DNA of 64,000 nt from an uncultured Gemmatimonadales bacterium (GCA_963821525.1 CAWGED010000005.1:896001-960000); one strand, 5' to 3'. Counted from the stretch's first letter, positions 43,523 through 53,905 are shown. Numbers and translations: made by a program. The notes: generated by a model not told the origin, from the letters alone.

Positions 43523-44722
43523 ATGGGACTGAAGAAACTCCTTCTGGGCTGGGTCATTGTGGCGCTGGTCGTGGCTGCCTGTCAGGAACAGCTGACGGCA
43601 CCAGCCGACTGTCCCGCTCTGTGTCCCGGTGGCTACATCATTCGGGATACGGTGCTCGACCCGATCCCCGATGCCGACAGCAGTTTCGAGGGATACGTGC
43701 TTCCGGGGCAGGGCACCACCATTCGCGTCTCGAATGGGCTGCCCGCGAGCGAAGACCGTGGTGTGATCCGGTTCAACACCCGCCCGGACTCCTTGTTCCT
43801 CCGCGACACGCTGCGAACCTACACCATCGACTCGGCGACGATCGAGTTCACCATCACCCGCCGCGACACGGCCGTCGGCGGACTGAAGATGTATCTCTAC
43901 CGCCTGCCGGCGACGACCGATACCTCGGCCACCTTTGCCCAGGTGGCGGCGGACCTGACTCCGGCCAACCTGCTGGACAGCGTCCTGGTGGACGATACCT
44001 CGGACACGCCGCTGGTGAAGGTGGTGTTCAAGGACACCACGACTTACAAGGTGGATATTCCCGCGGCGGACAGCGGAGTTCTCGCCATAGGACTGGCGAT
44101 GGCGGCTGCCTCGCCGACGGGAGTGCGGGTCGGCACCATCCTCACCGGTTCCGCCGCGCCGGTTTTCACCAGCTTTGTCAACGTGGACATCGCGGATACC
44201 ACACTGCAGAAGCGAACGATTCTGCTCAACCCGAAGTTCAGTGACTTCGTCTCCCAGAACCCGCCGACTCTCGATCCCGACCTGCTCACCACCGGGGGCG
44301 CGCCGAGCGCCCGGTCGCTGCTCCGGTTCGATTGGCCGGATTTCATTCGTGATTCGGGTCAGCTGGTCCGGGTCACTCTGGAGCTGATACCCACGGCGCC
44401 GATGAATGGCCTGCCCAACGATCCCGCGTTCCTCGAGGCGCGGATCGTCCTGTCCGACTTGGGATCGAAGAGCTCGCTCTCCCAGAGCACTTTTGCGGAA
44501 TTCGAGTTGCCGGAGGCGTCGTCCGACACGGTGAACTTCGAAATCGTCTCGCTGCTGAGCGCGTGGCAGACGATCCCCACCATCCCTCATGCCCTGTCGC
44601 TTTCCCTCACACCCGAAGGGAGCAGCTTTACCCGGGCGACCTTCGGTTCGACTCGATCGCCGGGTATGAAACCGCGCCTCAAGGTGACCTACGCCGTGCC
44701 CTTCCGCTTCGCGAGGCCCTGA
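43523..44722 (+). CDS. Hypothetical beta-rich lipoprotein
   Basis: Lipobox VAAC after a hydrophobic stretch. Intact 399-aa ORF ending PRLKVTY. Confidence 0.75.
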   Translation: MGLKKLLLGWVIVALVVAACQEQLTAPADCPALCPGGYIIRDTVLDPIPDADSSFEGYVLPGQGTTIRVSNGLPASEDRGVIRFNTRPDSLFLRDTLRTYTIDSATIEFTITRRDTAVGGLKMYLYRLPATTDTSATFAQVAADLTPANLLDSVLVDDTSDTPLVKVVFKDTTTYKVDIPAADSGVLAIGLAMAAASPTGVRVGTILTGSAAPVFTSFVNVDIADTTLQKRTILLNPKFSDFVSQNPPTLDPDLLTTGGAPSARSLLRFDWPDFIRDSGQLVRVTLELIPTAPMNGLPNDPAFLEARIVLSDLGSKSSLSQSTFAEFELPEASSDTVNFEIVSLLSAWQTIPTIPHALSLSLTPEGSSFTRATFGSTRSPGMKPRLKVTYAVPFRFARP

Positions 44723-45904
44723 GTGCGCATCCACCTGTGGCGGGCCGCATCTCTCCTGACGCTCGTGGTGCTGGGCGGAGCCATCGAGCTCCAGGCCCAG
44801 TCCTCGATGTTTGGAACGCGCGCGGTGGGCTTCCCCAGTCGCTGGCTCAGTGCGCGAGCGCGCGGCACGGCGGGCGCCTTCGGCGTCTTTGATCCTTTGT
44901 CGGGAATCAATCCCGGGGCGCTGAGCCAGGCTACTCGGGTTGCGGTCAATTTCGTGGCGACGCCCGCGAGCCGACATTGGGAGACCCCGGCCGGCGAAGC
45001 CACGCTGAAGGAAACCCGCTTCCCGATGGTGGGTCTGGTCGCGCCGATTCCCAAGCTCCCGCTCTGGCTGGGGATCAATTTCGGAAGCTACGCCGACCGG
45101 GATTTCCGTCTCTTCACCAGCGACACCATCCAGGTCCAGGGGCCGCCCGTAGGCCCGATCGATAGCGCGGTGGTGTTCGACACCCTCCAGTCGCTGGGCG
45201 GCATGAATGAAATCCGTCTCGCGCTGGCCTATGACAAGCTGCGAGGAACCTCCCTCGGTGGTGCCTTCTATCTCCTGACCGGTTCCAGCCGAATCGACGC
45301 ACGACGGAGTTTCGACGACTCGGCCTTCGCACATATCCGGCAAACCGCGGAACTGTCGTTCTCCGGCGTTGGCTTTGCCCTGGGAATCGTCCAGGACGTG
45401 ACCAAGAACTTCCGGATCGCGGCGTCGGTCCGCTCCGACGGAAGCGCCGCCGTCAAGCAGGACTCGAACGAGACCGCATCGGGCCACATCGATCTGCCCT
45501 ATACCTTCGCCGGCGGCATGGAGTTCACCGTCAACAAGAAGCTGACGGCGGCGGCTCAGGGGGTCTACCGGACCTGGTCGGGCGCAAACAGCGATCTCAT
45601 CAAGCAGGGCGGCATAGGCTCGGTCAACAGCCTGGATCTTTCGTTGGGTGCCGAATACCTCACCAATCTGAAGCGCCCGGCCCAGTTTCCCATTCGGGTC
45701 GGGGCCCGCTATGCGAAGTTGCCATTCCCGCTCAATACAGACGGCCGCCCTGAAGAGTTCAGCCTGACCGGTGGAACCGGATTGCGCTTCGCGAATGACC
45801 GAGCGGGCGTGGACTTCAGCCTGGAGCGGGCATGGCGGAAGCAGAGCGGGGGATACAAGGAACAGGCGCTGCTGCTGTCGGTCGGCGTCACCGTCCAGCC
45901 GTGA
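44723..45904 (+). CDS. Putative outer-membrane beta-barrel (FadL-like)
   Basis: Signal peptide, SARARGTAG and NPGAL N-terminal motifs, alternating beta-strand pattern. Confidence 0.65.
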   Translation: MRIHLWRAASLLTLVVLGGAIELQAQSSMFGTRAVGFPSRWLSARARGTAGAFGVFDPLSGINPGALSQATRVAVNFVATPASRHWETPAGEATLKETRFPMVGLVAPIPKLPLWLGINFGSYADRDFRLFTSDTIQVQGPPVGPIDSAVVFDTLQSLGGMNEIRLALAYDKLRGTSLGGAFYLLTGSSRIDARRSFDDSAFAHIRQTAELSFSGVGFALGIVQDVTKNFRIAASVRSDGSAAVKQDSNETASGHIDLPYTFAGGMEFTVNKKLTAAAQGVYRTWSGANSDLIKQGGIGSVNSLDLSLGAEYLTNLKRPAQFPIRVGARYAKLPFPLNTDGRPEEFSLTGGTGLRFANDRAGVDFSLERAWRKQSGGYKEQALLLSVGVTVQP

Positions 45905-45948
45905 CGGGCTCTTCCGCCTTTCCCTCCCATGCCGCCATCTTTCCCCCG

Positions 45949-47259
45949 ATGAAGAGCGTCTACATCGAAACCTACGGCTGCCAGATGAACGTGGCGGACA
46001 CCGAGATCATGCTCAGTGTCCTTCAGCGTGAGGGTTTCGCTCAGACCGAGACTCCGGACGGTGCCGACCTGCTCCTGGTGAACACGTGCGCGGTGCGCGA
46101 CAACGCCGAGCAGCGGGTCATCGGGCGGCTGGGAGAATTGCAGCGCTACAAGCCGGCTGGGGGCGTGCTTGGAGTGGTAGGCTGCATGGCGCAGCGCTTG
46201 GGGCCCCTGCTGCTGGAACGGGTCCCCAAGGTGGACATCGTCGCCGGGCCCGACGCCTATCGGAATCTTCCGGCGCTGGTAGCGGCCGCCTCCCTGGGCC
46301 AGCGCACCAGCGACACCCAGTTCCGCACCTGGGAGCACTACGAAGACGTTCCGCCGGCCCGGGAGACGGCCGCGAGCGCCTTCGTCACCGTTCAGCGCGG
46401 CTGCGATTACAAGTGCACCTTCTGCATCGTTCCGTACACCAGGGGACCGGAGCGGAGCCGTAAACTGGAGGATGTGGTCCGGGAAGTCGCCGGCCTGGCC
46501 GAACAGGGCACCAGCGAGGTGACACTCCTTGGGCAGACGGTCAACAGTTATTCCGACGGCACCCATGACTTCGCGGATCTGCTCCGCGCGGTCGGGGCGG
46601 TGGACGGTATCCGGCGGCTACGGTTCACCAGTCCGTATCCCACGGACTTCACCGATCGGGTCATCGAAGCGATGGCCACGGTGCCGGCGGTCTGCGAGCA
46701 CGTCCACCTGCCGGTGCAAAGCGGCTCCAACGCGGTGCTCCGTCGCATGCTGCGCCGCTACACCCGGGAGCGCTACCTCGAGGTGGTTGCCCAGCTTCGG
46801 ACGGCAATTCCCGGAATCACCTTCTCGACCGACATCATCGTCGGCTTCCCGGGGGAAACCGAGGAGCAATTCGAGGAGACGCTCTCGCTGGTCGCTGAGG
46901 CTGAGTTCGACGACGCCTACACCTTCAAATACTCGGTGCGGGAAGGAACCCCCGCGGTCCGGATACCGGGCCACATCGCGGACGAGGTGGCTGGCGACCG
47001 GCTCGAACGGCTCATTGCCGCGGTGCGCAATCAGGCGCGGCGCAAGAACATGGGACGGGTCGGGACGGTCCACGAAGTCCTGGTCGAGCGCCCGGCGCGA
47101 CGCGGCAGCCTGCTCCTCGCCAGGACCCGCACCAATCTCCTCGTCCTGGTGGACTTGCCCGCCGAGGCGATCGGGACATACCATCAGATTCAGCTCACCG
47201 GCACCACGGGTTCCACCTTCACCGGAGCGGTCGCGAGGCCGTCCCTGGCGGTGCTATGA
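45949..47259 (+). CDS. miaB: tRNA-2-methylthio-N6-dimethylallyladenosine synthase
   Basis: ETYGCQMN, NTCAVR, GCMAQ, radical SAM CDYKCTFC, DIIVGFPGET, TRAM domain. Confidence 0.96.
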   Translation: MKSVYIETYGCQMNVADTEIMLSVLQREGFAQTETPDGADLLLVNTCAVRDNAEQRVIGRLGELQRYKPAGGVLGVVGCMAQRLGPLLLERVPKVDIVAGPDAYRNLPALVAAASLGQRTSDTQFRTWEHYEDVPPARETAASAFVTVQRGCDYKCTFCIVPYTRGPERSRKLEDVVREVAGLAEQGTSEVTLLGQTVNSYSDGTHDFADLLRAVGAVDGIRRLRFTSPYPTDFTDRVIEAMATVPAVCEHVHLPVQSGSNAVLRRMLRRYTRERYLEVVAQLRTAIPGITFSTDIIVGFPGETEEQFEETLSLVAEAEFDDAYTFKYSVREGTPAVRIPGHIADEVAGDRLERLIAAVRNQARRKNMGRVGTVHEVLVERPARRGSLLLARTRTNLLVLVDLPAEAIGTYHQIQLTGTTGSTFTGAVARPSLAVL

Positions 47260-47540
47260 TCAAGAACCTGGTCGAAGACCACGCCCGCGAGCTTTTTGCG
47301 GAGATCCGGGACCGGTTTCCCGATTTCTGCGGCTGCGAGACCTGCACGCAAGACGTGCTGATCTACGCGCTGAACCGGTTGCCCCCGCGGTATGTCGGCG
47401 GGAGGGAAGGGACAGTGGTCACCGACGTGAACCTGGACAAGGATCAGAACCGCGCGTCGATCGAGGTCGCCCTCATGGAAGGGATCCGGAAGGTGACTCT
47501 GGCTCCCCGCTGCGAGAGGAGACGCACCAAGAAAGTGTGA
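47256..47540 (+). CDS. Late competence development ComFB family protein
   Basis: KNLVE...CGCETCTQDVLIYALNRLPPRYV. Confidence 0.85.
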   Translation: MIKNLVEDHARELFAEIRDRFPDFCGCETCTQDVLIYALNRLPPRYVGGREGTVVTDVNLDKDQNRASIEVALMEGIRKVTLAPRCERRRTKKV

Positions 47541-47553
47541 GGGAGCGGCCGCG

Positions 47554-49809
47554 GTGAGGCCGCGGCCAGTCATACTGCTGACGTTTGCCTACGGGGCCGG
47601 TCTCGCGACCGGCCTCGCGCGTTTTGTGGATCCTGGACGCTGATTCCGCTCCTCATCGTCGGGGTCATGGGGCGGAAGACACTGAGCGGGTTCGTGCTGT
47701 CTCGCCGCAATGCTCGGAGGTGCCGCGGGCGCGCTCGCCAAGTGGGAGGATGGGTTCGGCTGCGCGGCACGACTGCCGAGTGTCGGTGTGAGCCTGACGG
47801 TAGTTCTGGAAGAGCCGGTGTCCGAGAGCGGTGGCGTGGGCTTGGCCTCGCCGGTTGGGGCTGGTTGCCAGGGCGTTATCGCGGTGCGTTGGCCGGTCGG
47901 CTCCGCCGCCACCGCCGGATCCCGGGTTCGAGTCACCGGACGGTGGATCAAGGATCCCGAATCGGGGATACGGCCAGGAGGTTTGTTCCTGGTCCAGAGG
48001 AGCAGCACCATCCCCGGTCGCCCCTCATTACCCCAGCGGCTCAAGTCGTGGATCAGGCAGACCTCGTCCACGCTCTACGGCACTCGGGCTGGAATCGTGG
48101 ATGCACTGGTGCTCAATGCCCGGGGCGGCATGAGCCAGGAACTGCGCGACCAGTACACTCAGTCGGGACTGGTCCACATCCTGTCGATTTCCGGTTTTCA
48201 TGTCGGATTGATCGCCGCATGGGTGTTGCTGCTGCTGCGCGGGGTCGGAGTCGCCCGAATCCCGGCGATGCTGGGCGCCGCGGGCGTCAGTGTTCTCTAC
48301 GTCCTGTTCCTCGGCTGGCCACCTCCCGCTGCCCGGGCGGCGGCACTCGCTACCTTGCTTGCGCTTTGCCGCGCGAGACAACGGCAGCCACAGACCCAGG
48401 CTCTCCTCGCGGCGACTTGCCTCGGTGTGATGGTGATTGATCCCTGGTCCGTGCTGGATCTCAGCACCTGGCTCTCGGCCGGAGCCTTGTGGGGTGCGGT
48501 GACCTTCGGACGCTGGAGCGATCGTGCGCTGGGGAGCGGCTGGTGGTGGCGAATGCTGAGTTCCTCGCTTGGAGCGACTCTGGCCACGGCGCCGATTACC
48601 GCGGGCGCCTTCGGGACGGTTTCCCTGGCAGGGATCATCCTCAACTTCCTTGCGATTCCGCTCGCCGCACTCGCGGTACCGGGAATACTCGCCAGCCTCA
48701 TCATGGCTCCGCTGTCGGGTCACGTCGCGGCGGCGCTCGCGACCGGTTCGGGTCTCGCCCTGGAGGGACTGGATTTCCTGGCGAGGTGGGGGTCCCACTG
48801 GCCCGGTGCCTGTGTCTGGCTCCCGGCGGAATGGAAATCCAGCTTACCATGGCTGGCGGTTCTGGCGGTCGCACTCTGGGGAATGGCGGGCGGAACAACT
48901 GCGACTGAAGCGTTGCGGCGCTGGGCGCTGACCCTGGCGTGCGCCATCTGGGCTGGAAACCTCGCGGCACTCTACGACGCGCGCAGTGACAACGCCTCGG
49001 ATTTGACGTTACATTTTCTCGACGTAGGGCAGGGCGATGCGGCCGTCTTGCGCACGCCCGGCGGCCACTGGGTGGTGGTGGATGCGGGTCCCCGATCCGA
49101 TAAGTGGGATGCGGGCCGACGGGTCGTGGCCCCTTATCTTGCCCGACATCGTGCCGCGCGAATCGACGTGCTAGTGATTTCCCACGCCCACGCAGATCAT
49201 CTCGGTGGCGTGTCTGCACTGCTCGATCGCTACGACCCGGGTCTCATTCTCGAGCCGGGCGAGCCGGTGCGGGACCCGTTGTATCTCGAGTTCCTCGACC
49301 GGGTCGCGGCGCACGGCCTCGTCTGGCGTCCCGGGCGTCCGGGCGATCACTTCGAGGTGGACGGTGTGCGCTTCTCGGTGCTCCACCCCGATACCGGCTG
49401 GACGCACTGGCGGGAGGACCTGAACGAAGATTCCCTCGTCCTCCTGGTGGAGTATGGAGCGTTCCAGGCTCTTTTCGCGGGAGACGCAGGGGTCGTGGCG
49501 GAATCGCTCCTGATCCGTCGCGCAGGAGCGGTCGATCTCCTAAAGGTCGGGCATCACGGGTCGCGCACCGCGAGCAGCAATGCCTGGCTCGACCGGCTTC
49601 AGGCCAAGGCCGCGGTCCTGAGCGTCGGGAAAATCAACCGGTACGGCCACCCGAATCCGGAAACGCTCGAGCGGCTGAGCCGGCACGGCATGGCCATCTG
49701 GCGCACCGATCGTGACGGGACCGTGGACGTGGAAACCGATGGCCGCAGCATGATCGTGCGCGGCAGGGGTCGCACTGAGCGGTATGATGTGACTGACACA
49801 ACGCACTGA
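47554..49809 (+). CDS. comEC: DNA internalization competence protein ComEC/Rec2 (frameshift near N-terminus)
   Basis: [50 protein letters not shown]. Confidence 0.92.
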
Positions 49810-49837
49810 ACGGGCTCACCTCTATCCCTACGGTCTC

Positions 49838-50850
49838 GTGATCAGCAATAGCCGAGTTACCACGATCGAGCGGTTCATCATCGACCAGGAAAGCAAGTAC
49901 CCCGAGGCGACGGGCGAGCTGTCGAACCTGCTCTACGACATCGCGCTGGCGGCCAAGATCATCGCCGGGGCAATCCGGCGGGCCGGGCTGGTGAACATCC
50001 TGGGCAGTGCTGGGACCACCAACATCCAGGACGAGGAACAGCAGAAGCTCGACGTCTTTGCCAATGAGACGATGACCAACTCGCTCAATCACACCGGGCG
50101 AGTCTGCGTGATGGCGTCGGAAGAGGACGAACATATCATCCCGGTCCCGGACCAGTATCCGGCTGGGAAATACGCGGTCTTGTACGATCCCCTCGATGGC
50201 TCGTCGAATATCGATGTCAACGGTGCCGTCGGCACCATCTTCAGCATCTATCGCCGGGTGACCACCGAAGGGCGGGGATCCGAAGCGGATGTGCTCCAAC
50301 CGGGCTGCAAGCAGATCTCGGCGGGCTATGTGATCTACGGATCGAGCACCATGCTGGTGTACACCACCGGTCAGGGCGTTGCGGGGTTTACTCTCGATCC
50401 TTCCATCGGCGAGTTCCTGCTCTCCCACCCTCGCATCGTCATTCCGCGCGTGGGGAAGTACTACAGCGTCAACGAGAGCAACTTCGCCCGGTGGAACAAA
50501 GGGATTCAGACTGCAGTCCGCGGCTTTCACGGCGATCGCCCCAGGACATCAAGGGCAAGAACAGCCGGTACATCGGGTCACTGGTGGCGGACTTTCACCG
50601 GAACCTGATCGCCGGCGGAGTGTTCCTGTATCCGGCGGACACCAAGAACACTCGAGGGAAGCTGCGGCTGCTCTACGAGTGCTCGCCCATGGCGTTCATC
50701 GCCGAGCAGGCCGAAGGCTCGGCCACCGATGGGGTCAACCGGATCCTCGATATCGTCCCTACCGCTCTGCATCAACGCACGCCGCTGGTGATCGGGTCAC
50801 GGGAGGATGTGGGATACGTGGCGGATACGTTGAGGAAGGTGGGGGAGTGA
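49838..50850 (+). CDS. fbp: Class 1 fructose-1,6-bisphosphatase (frameshift ~50540)
   Basis: [45 protein letters not shown]. Confidence 0.96.
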
Positions 50851-50856
50851 GGGGCG

Positions 50857-50947
50857 GGTCGATGGTCGATGGTCGAACGGCTGATGACGAGTTATGGGCC
50901 GCAAGTGGACTTTTGACCATCGACTATTGACTATCGACGATTGACTC
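50857..50947. repeat. Inverted GGTCGAT heptamer arrays
   Basis: ggtcgat-ggtcgat-ggtcgaa and ttgacca-tcgacta-ttgacta-tcgacga-ttgactc. Confidence 0.8.
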
Positions 50948-50952
50948 TCTCA

Positions 50953-52487
50953 ATGCCCTCACCTCGCAAGACCATCTACAATGCCGCCGACGCCCGCCGG
51001 CGACTCCACCGCGCCCGGCACCTTCCCGTTCACCCGCGGGATCTATCCCGGCATGTACACCGAGCGGCTCTGGACCATGCGCCAGTACGCCGGGTTCGGA
51101 ACCGCCGAGGAGACCAACGCTCGGTTTCGTCATCTGCTGGCGGCGGGGCAGAGCGGATTATCTACCGCGTTCGATCTGCCGACCCAGATGGGGTACGACT
51201 CCGATCATCCGATGGCGGAGGGAGAGGTGGGGCGGGTTGGTGTCGCCATCGACACGGTGGAGGACCTGGCGACGCTGTTCCGGGAGATTCCGCTGGACAA
51301 GGTCTCCACATCGATGACCATCAATGCCACCGCGGCGATCCTGCTCGCGATGTACGTAGTGGTGGGGGAAGAGCAGGGAGTAAGCCGAGAGAAGTTGCAG
51401 GGCACGGTGCAGAACGATGTGCTCAAGGAGTACATCGCGCGCGGTACCTACATCTTCCCTGCGGAACCGTCGCTCCGGCTCGCGGTGGATCTCTTCCGCT
51501 TCGTGGCGGACGAGAAGCTCAACTTCAATCCGATCTCGATCAGCGGCTATCACATGCGGGAGGCCGGGGCGACACCGGTGCAGGAGGTGGCGTTCACGCT
51601 GGCCAATGCCATCGAGTATGTGAAGCGCGCGGTCGCGGCGGGGATTCCAGTCAATCGCTTCGGGCCTCGGCTCTCGTTTTTCTTCGCGGCCCACAATGAC
51701 TTGTTCGAAGAGGCGGCCAAGTTCCGGGCCGCCCGGCGTCTCTGGGCCAGGCTGGCGCGGGAGCGTTTCGGGGCCGACGATCAGACCTGCAGGCTCCGGT
51801 TTCACACCCAGACCGGCGGAGTGACGCTCCAGGCCCAGCAGCCGTTGAACAACGTCGTGCGGGTCACGGTGCAGGCCTTGGCCGCGGCGATGGGGGGAAC
51901 TCAGTCGCTCCACACCAATGGCTATGACGAGGCGCTGGCGCTGCCGACCGCGGAGTCGGCGACGCTGGCGCTTCGGACCCAGCAGATCATCGGCTTCGAG
52001 AGTGGGATGAACCAGGTGGTAGATCCGCTCGGTGGGAGCTACTACGTCGAGGCGCTGACCAGCCGGATCGAGCAGGAAGCCGAGACGTTAATCAAGGAAG
52101 TAGACGCGCTGGGCGGTGCCGCCGCGGCGATTCAACGCGGCTTCTTCCAGGAGGCGATCGCGAAGAGCGCCTGGGAGCTGCAGCAGAAACAGGAATCGGG
52201 GGAGGTGACGGTGGTAGGGGTTAATCGCTTCACCGACGATTCGCCCATCCCTTCGATCGAACGGCCTGACTACTCGGCCCTGGCCGAACGCCAGAAGGCG
52301 CAACTCCGTGAGGTAAAGGCGAAGCGTGCCGCTCCCGCGGTCACCAAGGCTCTCGACGCCGTCGCCCAAGCCGCAGCGCGGCTCGGCGCCCCTGATGCCT
52401 CCCATCATCGAAGCCGTCCGCGCCCGCGCCACCCTGGGCGAGATCAGCGACACTTTGCGCGGCGTTTGGGGAGTCTACAAGGGGTAA
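50953..52487 (+). CDS. Methylmalonyl-CoA mutase family, substrate-binding subunit (frameshifted at both ends)
   Basis: [56 protein letters not shown]. No B12-binding DxHxxG domain. Confidence 0.92.
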
Positions 52488-52528
52488 TGGATTGCTTGGC
52501 CATTTGTCGCTCTCTTGATCCCTAACAT

Positions 52529-53426
52529 CCAATTTGAACAGATGAAACGCAGAGGCGCAGAGGGCGCCGAGGCCTGCAGTAGTCGGCATGGGCTGAGTTC
52601 GAGCGAAAACCAATTCTAGTGTTCTCAGCGCCTCCGCGTTTGCAGTTCCATAGCGTCCCCAATTACCAAACATGAACAGCATGAAACGCAGAGGCGCAGA
52701 GAACGCGGAGGATGTGCACAATGCGATTTCAGAACAGGTAATTGGTGCCGCAATTCAGGTTCATCGTTTCCTAGGGCCAGGCTTGTTGGAATCGGCATAC
52801 GCCGCCTGCCTGGCGAGGGAATTTCACCTGCAAGGGATTCAGTTTGACCAAGAACGACCAATCCTGGTGGGTTATAAGGGAATCAAAATCGATAATGGAT
52901 ACCGGGTTGACTTCGTTGTCGAGCAACTCGTTATCCTCGAAATCAAGGCGGCCGACCGACTGCACCCGATTCACACAGCACAACTTCTTAGATATCTCCG
53001 CCTCACCGACAAGAAGCTGGGTTTGCTGATCAATTTCAACGTGCCTGTCCTTCGTGACGGCGTTCGCCGGGTGGTAAACAATTTGTAGTCTTGGGGCCTG
53101 AGTTGAGCGAAAACTACTTTAGTGTTCTCTGCGTCCTCCGCGTCTCTGCGTTTGCAGTTCTACAGCTCCCCGCATAACCAAACTTGAACAGCACGAAACG
53201 CAGCGTTTGCAGTTCTACAGCTCCCGAATGACCAAACGTGAACAGCATGAAACGCGGAGGCGCAGAGAGCGCCGAGGACGGCGGCAATCGGCATGGGCTG
53301 AGTTTGAGCGAAAACCATTTTAGTGTTCTCTGCGTCCTCCGCGCCTCTGCGTTTGCAGTTCTACAGCTCCCCGTATTACCAAACGTGAACAGCATGAAAC
53401 GCGGATGCGCAGAGAGCGCCGAGGAC
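52529..53426. mobile_element. Tandem array of ~150-bp palindromic units, one carrying a GxxExxY nuclease gene (putative selfish element)
   Basis: Units start at CCAA(A)..TGAACAG at 52529, 52666, 53178, 53232 and 53379. Arms AAACGCRGAGGCGCAGAG... and ...CTCTGCGTTT. Mobility is inferred. Confidence 0.7.
52681..53088 (+). CDS. GxxExxY protein (PD-(D/E)XK nuclease superfamily)
   Basis: VHRFLGPGLLESAY, RVDFVVEQLVILEIKA (D..ExK), AQLLRYL, GLLINFN. Alternative start at 52672. Confidence 0.93.
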   Translation: MKRRGAENAEDVHNAISEQVIGAAIQVHRFLGPGLLESAYAACLAREFHLQGIQFDQERPILVGYKGIKIDNGYRVDFVVEQLVILEIKAADRLHPIHTAQLLRYLRLTDKKLGLLINFNVPVLRDGVRRVVNNL

Positions 53427-53501
53427 TTCCTGACCTCACTTGAATCCCCTAATCAAGTCGGCTAAGTTCTTGTCCTGTTTCTCCTTAGGATAAGCCACCG
53501 A

Positions 53502-53905
53502 ATGCCGACGTACGAGTACCAATGCCCTGAAGGGCATGAGTTCGAGCTGTTCCAGAAGATGTCCGAGAAGCCGCGTGCCAAGTGCCCCGTATGCGGGAAA
53601 ATGGCCACCCGGAAGATCTCGGGCGGGGCCGGTCTCGTCTTCAAGGGCTCGGGCTTCTACATCACCGACTACGGGAAGGACGGAAAGGGACCGCGGAAGG
53701 CGGACAAGGCGGACGCGGCGGACAAGCCTGCCCCGAGCGGAAGCGAGGGGGGGCGGCGGACAAGTCGGACAGGGCGGACAAGCATGCCCCGAGCGGAAGC
53801 GAGGGGGCGGGTAAAGCGGACCAGCCTGCTCCCAAGGCCGACTCGAAGACCGACTCGACCCCGGCCAAATCCCATAAGCCCCAAAAGAAGAAAGCCGGCG
53901 AGTGA
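53502..53905 (+). CDS. FmdB family zinc-ribbon regulatory protein with repetitive tail (frameshift ~53750)
   Basis: MPTYEYQC..GHEFE...CPVCG...FKGSGFYITDY. Confidence 0.88.

Noticed and set aside
19664..45487. Long antisense ORFs (19664-21595, 26236-28563, 43166-45487)
   Set aside because: Shadow ORFs of GC-rich genes on the opposite strand, with no recognisable motifs.
45909..45947. CCGCCTTTC-like repeat upstream of miaB
   Set aside because: Possibly a decayed 9-mer array, but too degenerate to support.
52529..53426. CRISPR array
   Set aside because: Units are about 150 bp, the sequences between arms are homologous rather than unique spacers, and no cas genes are in the window.
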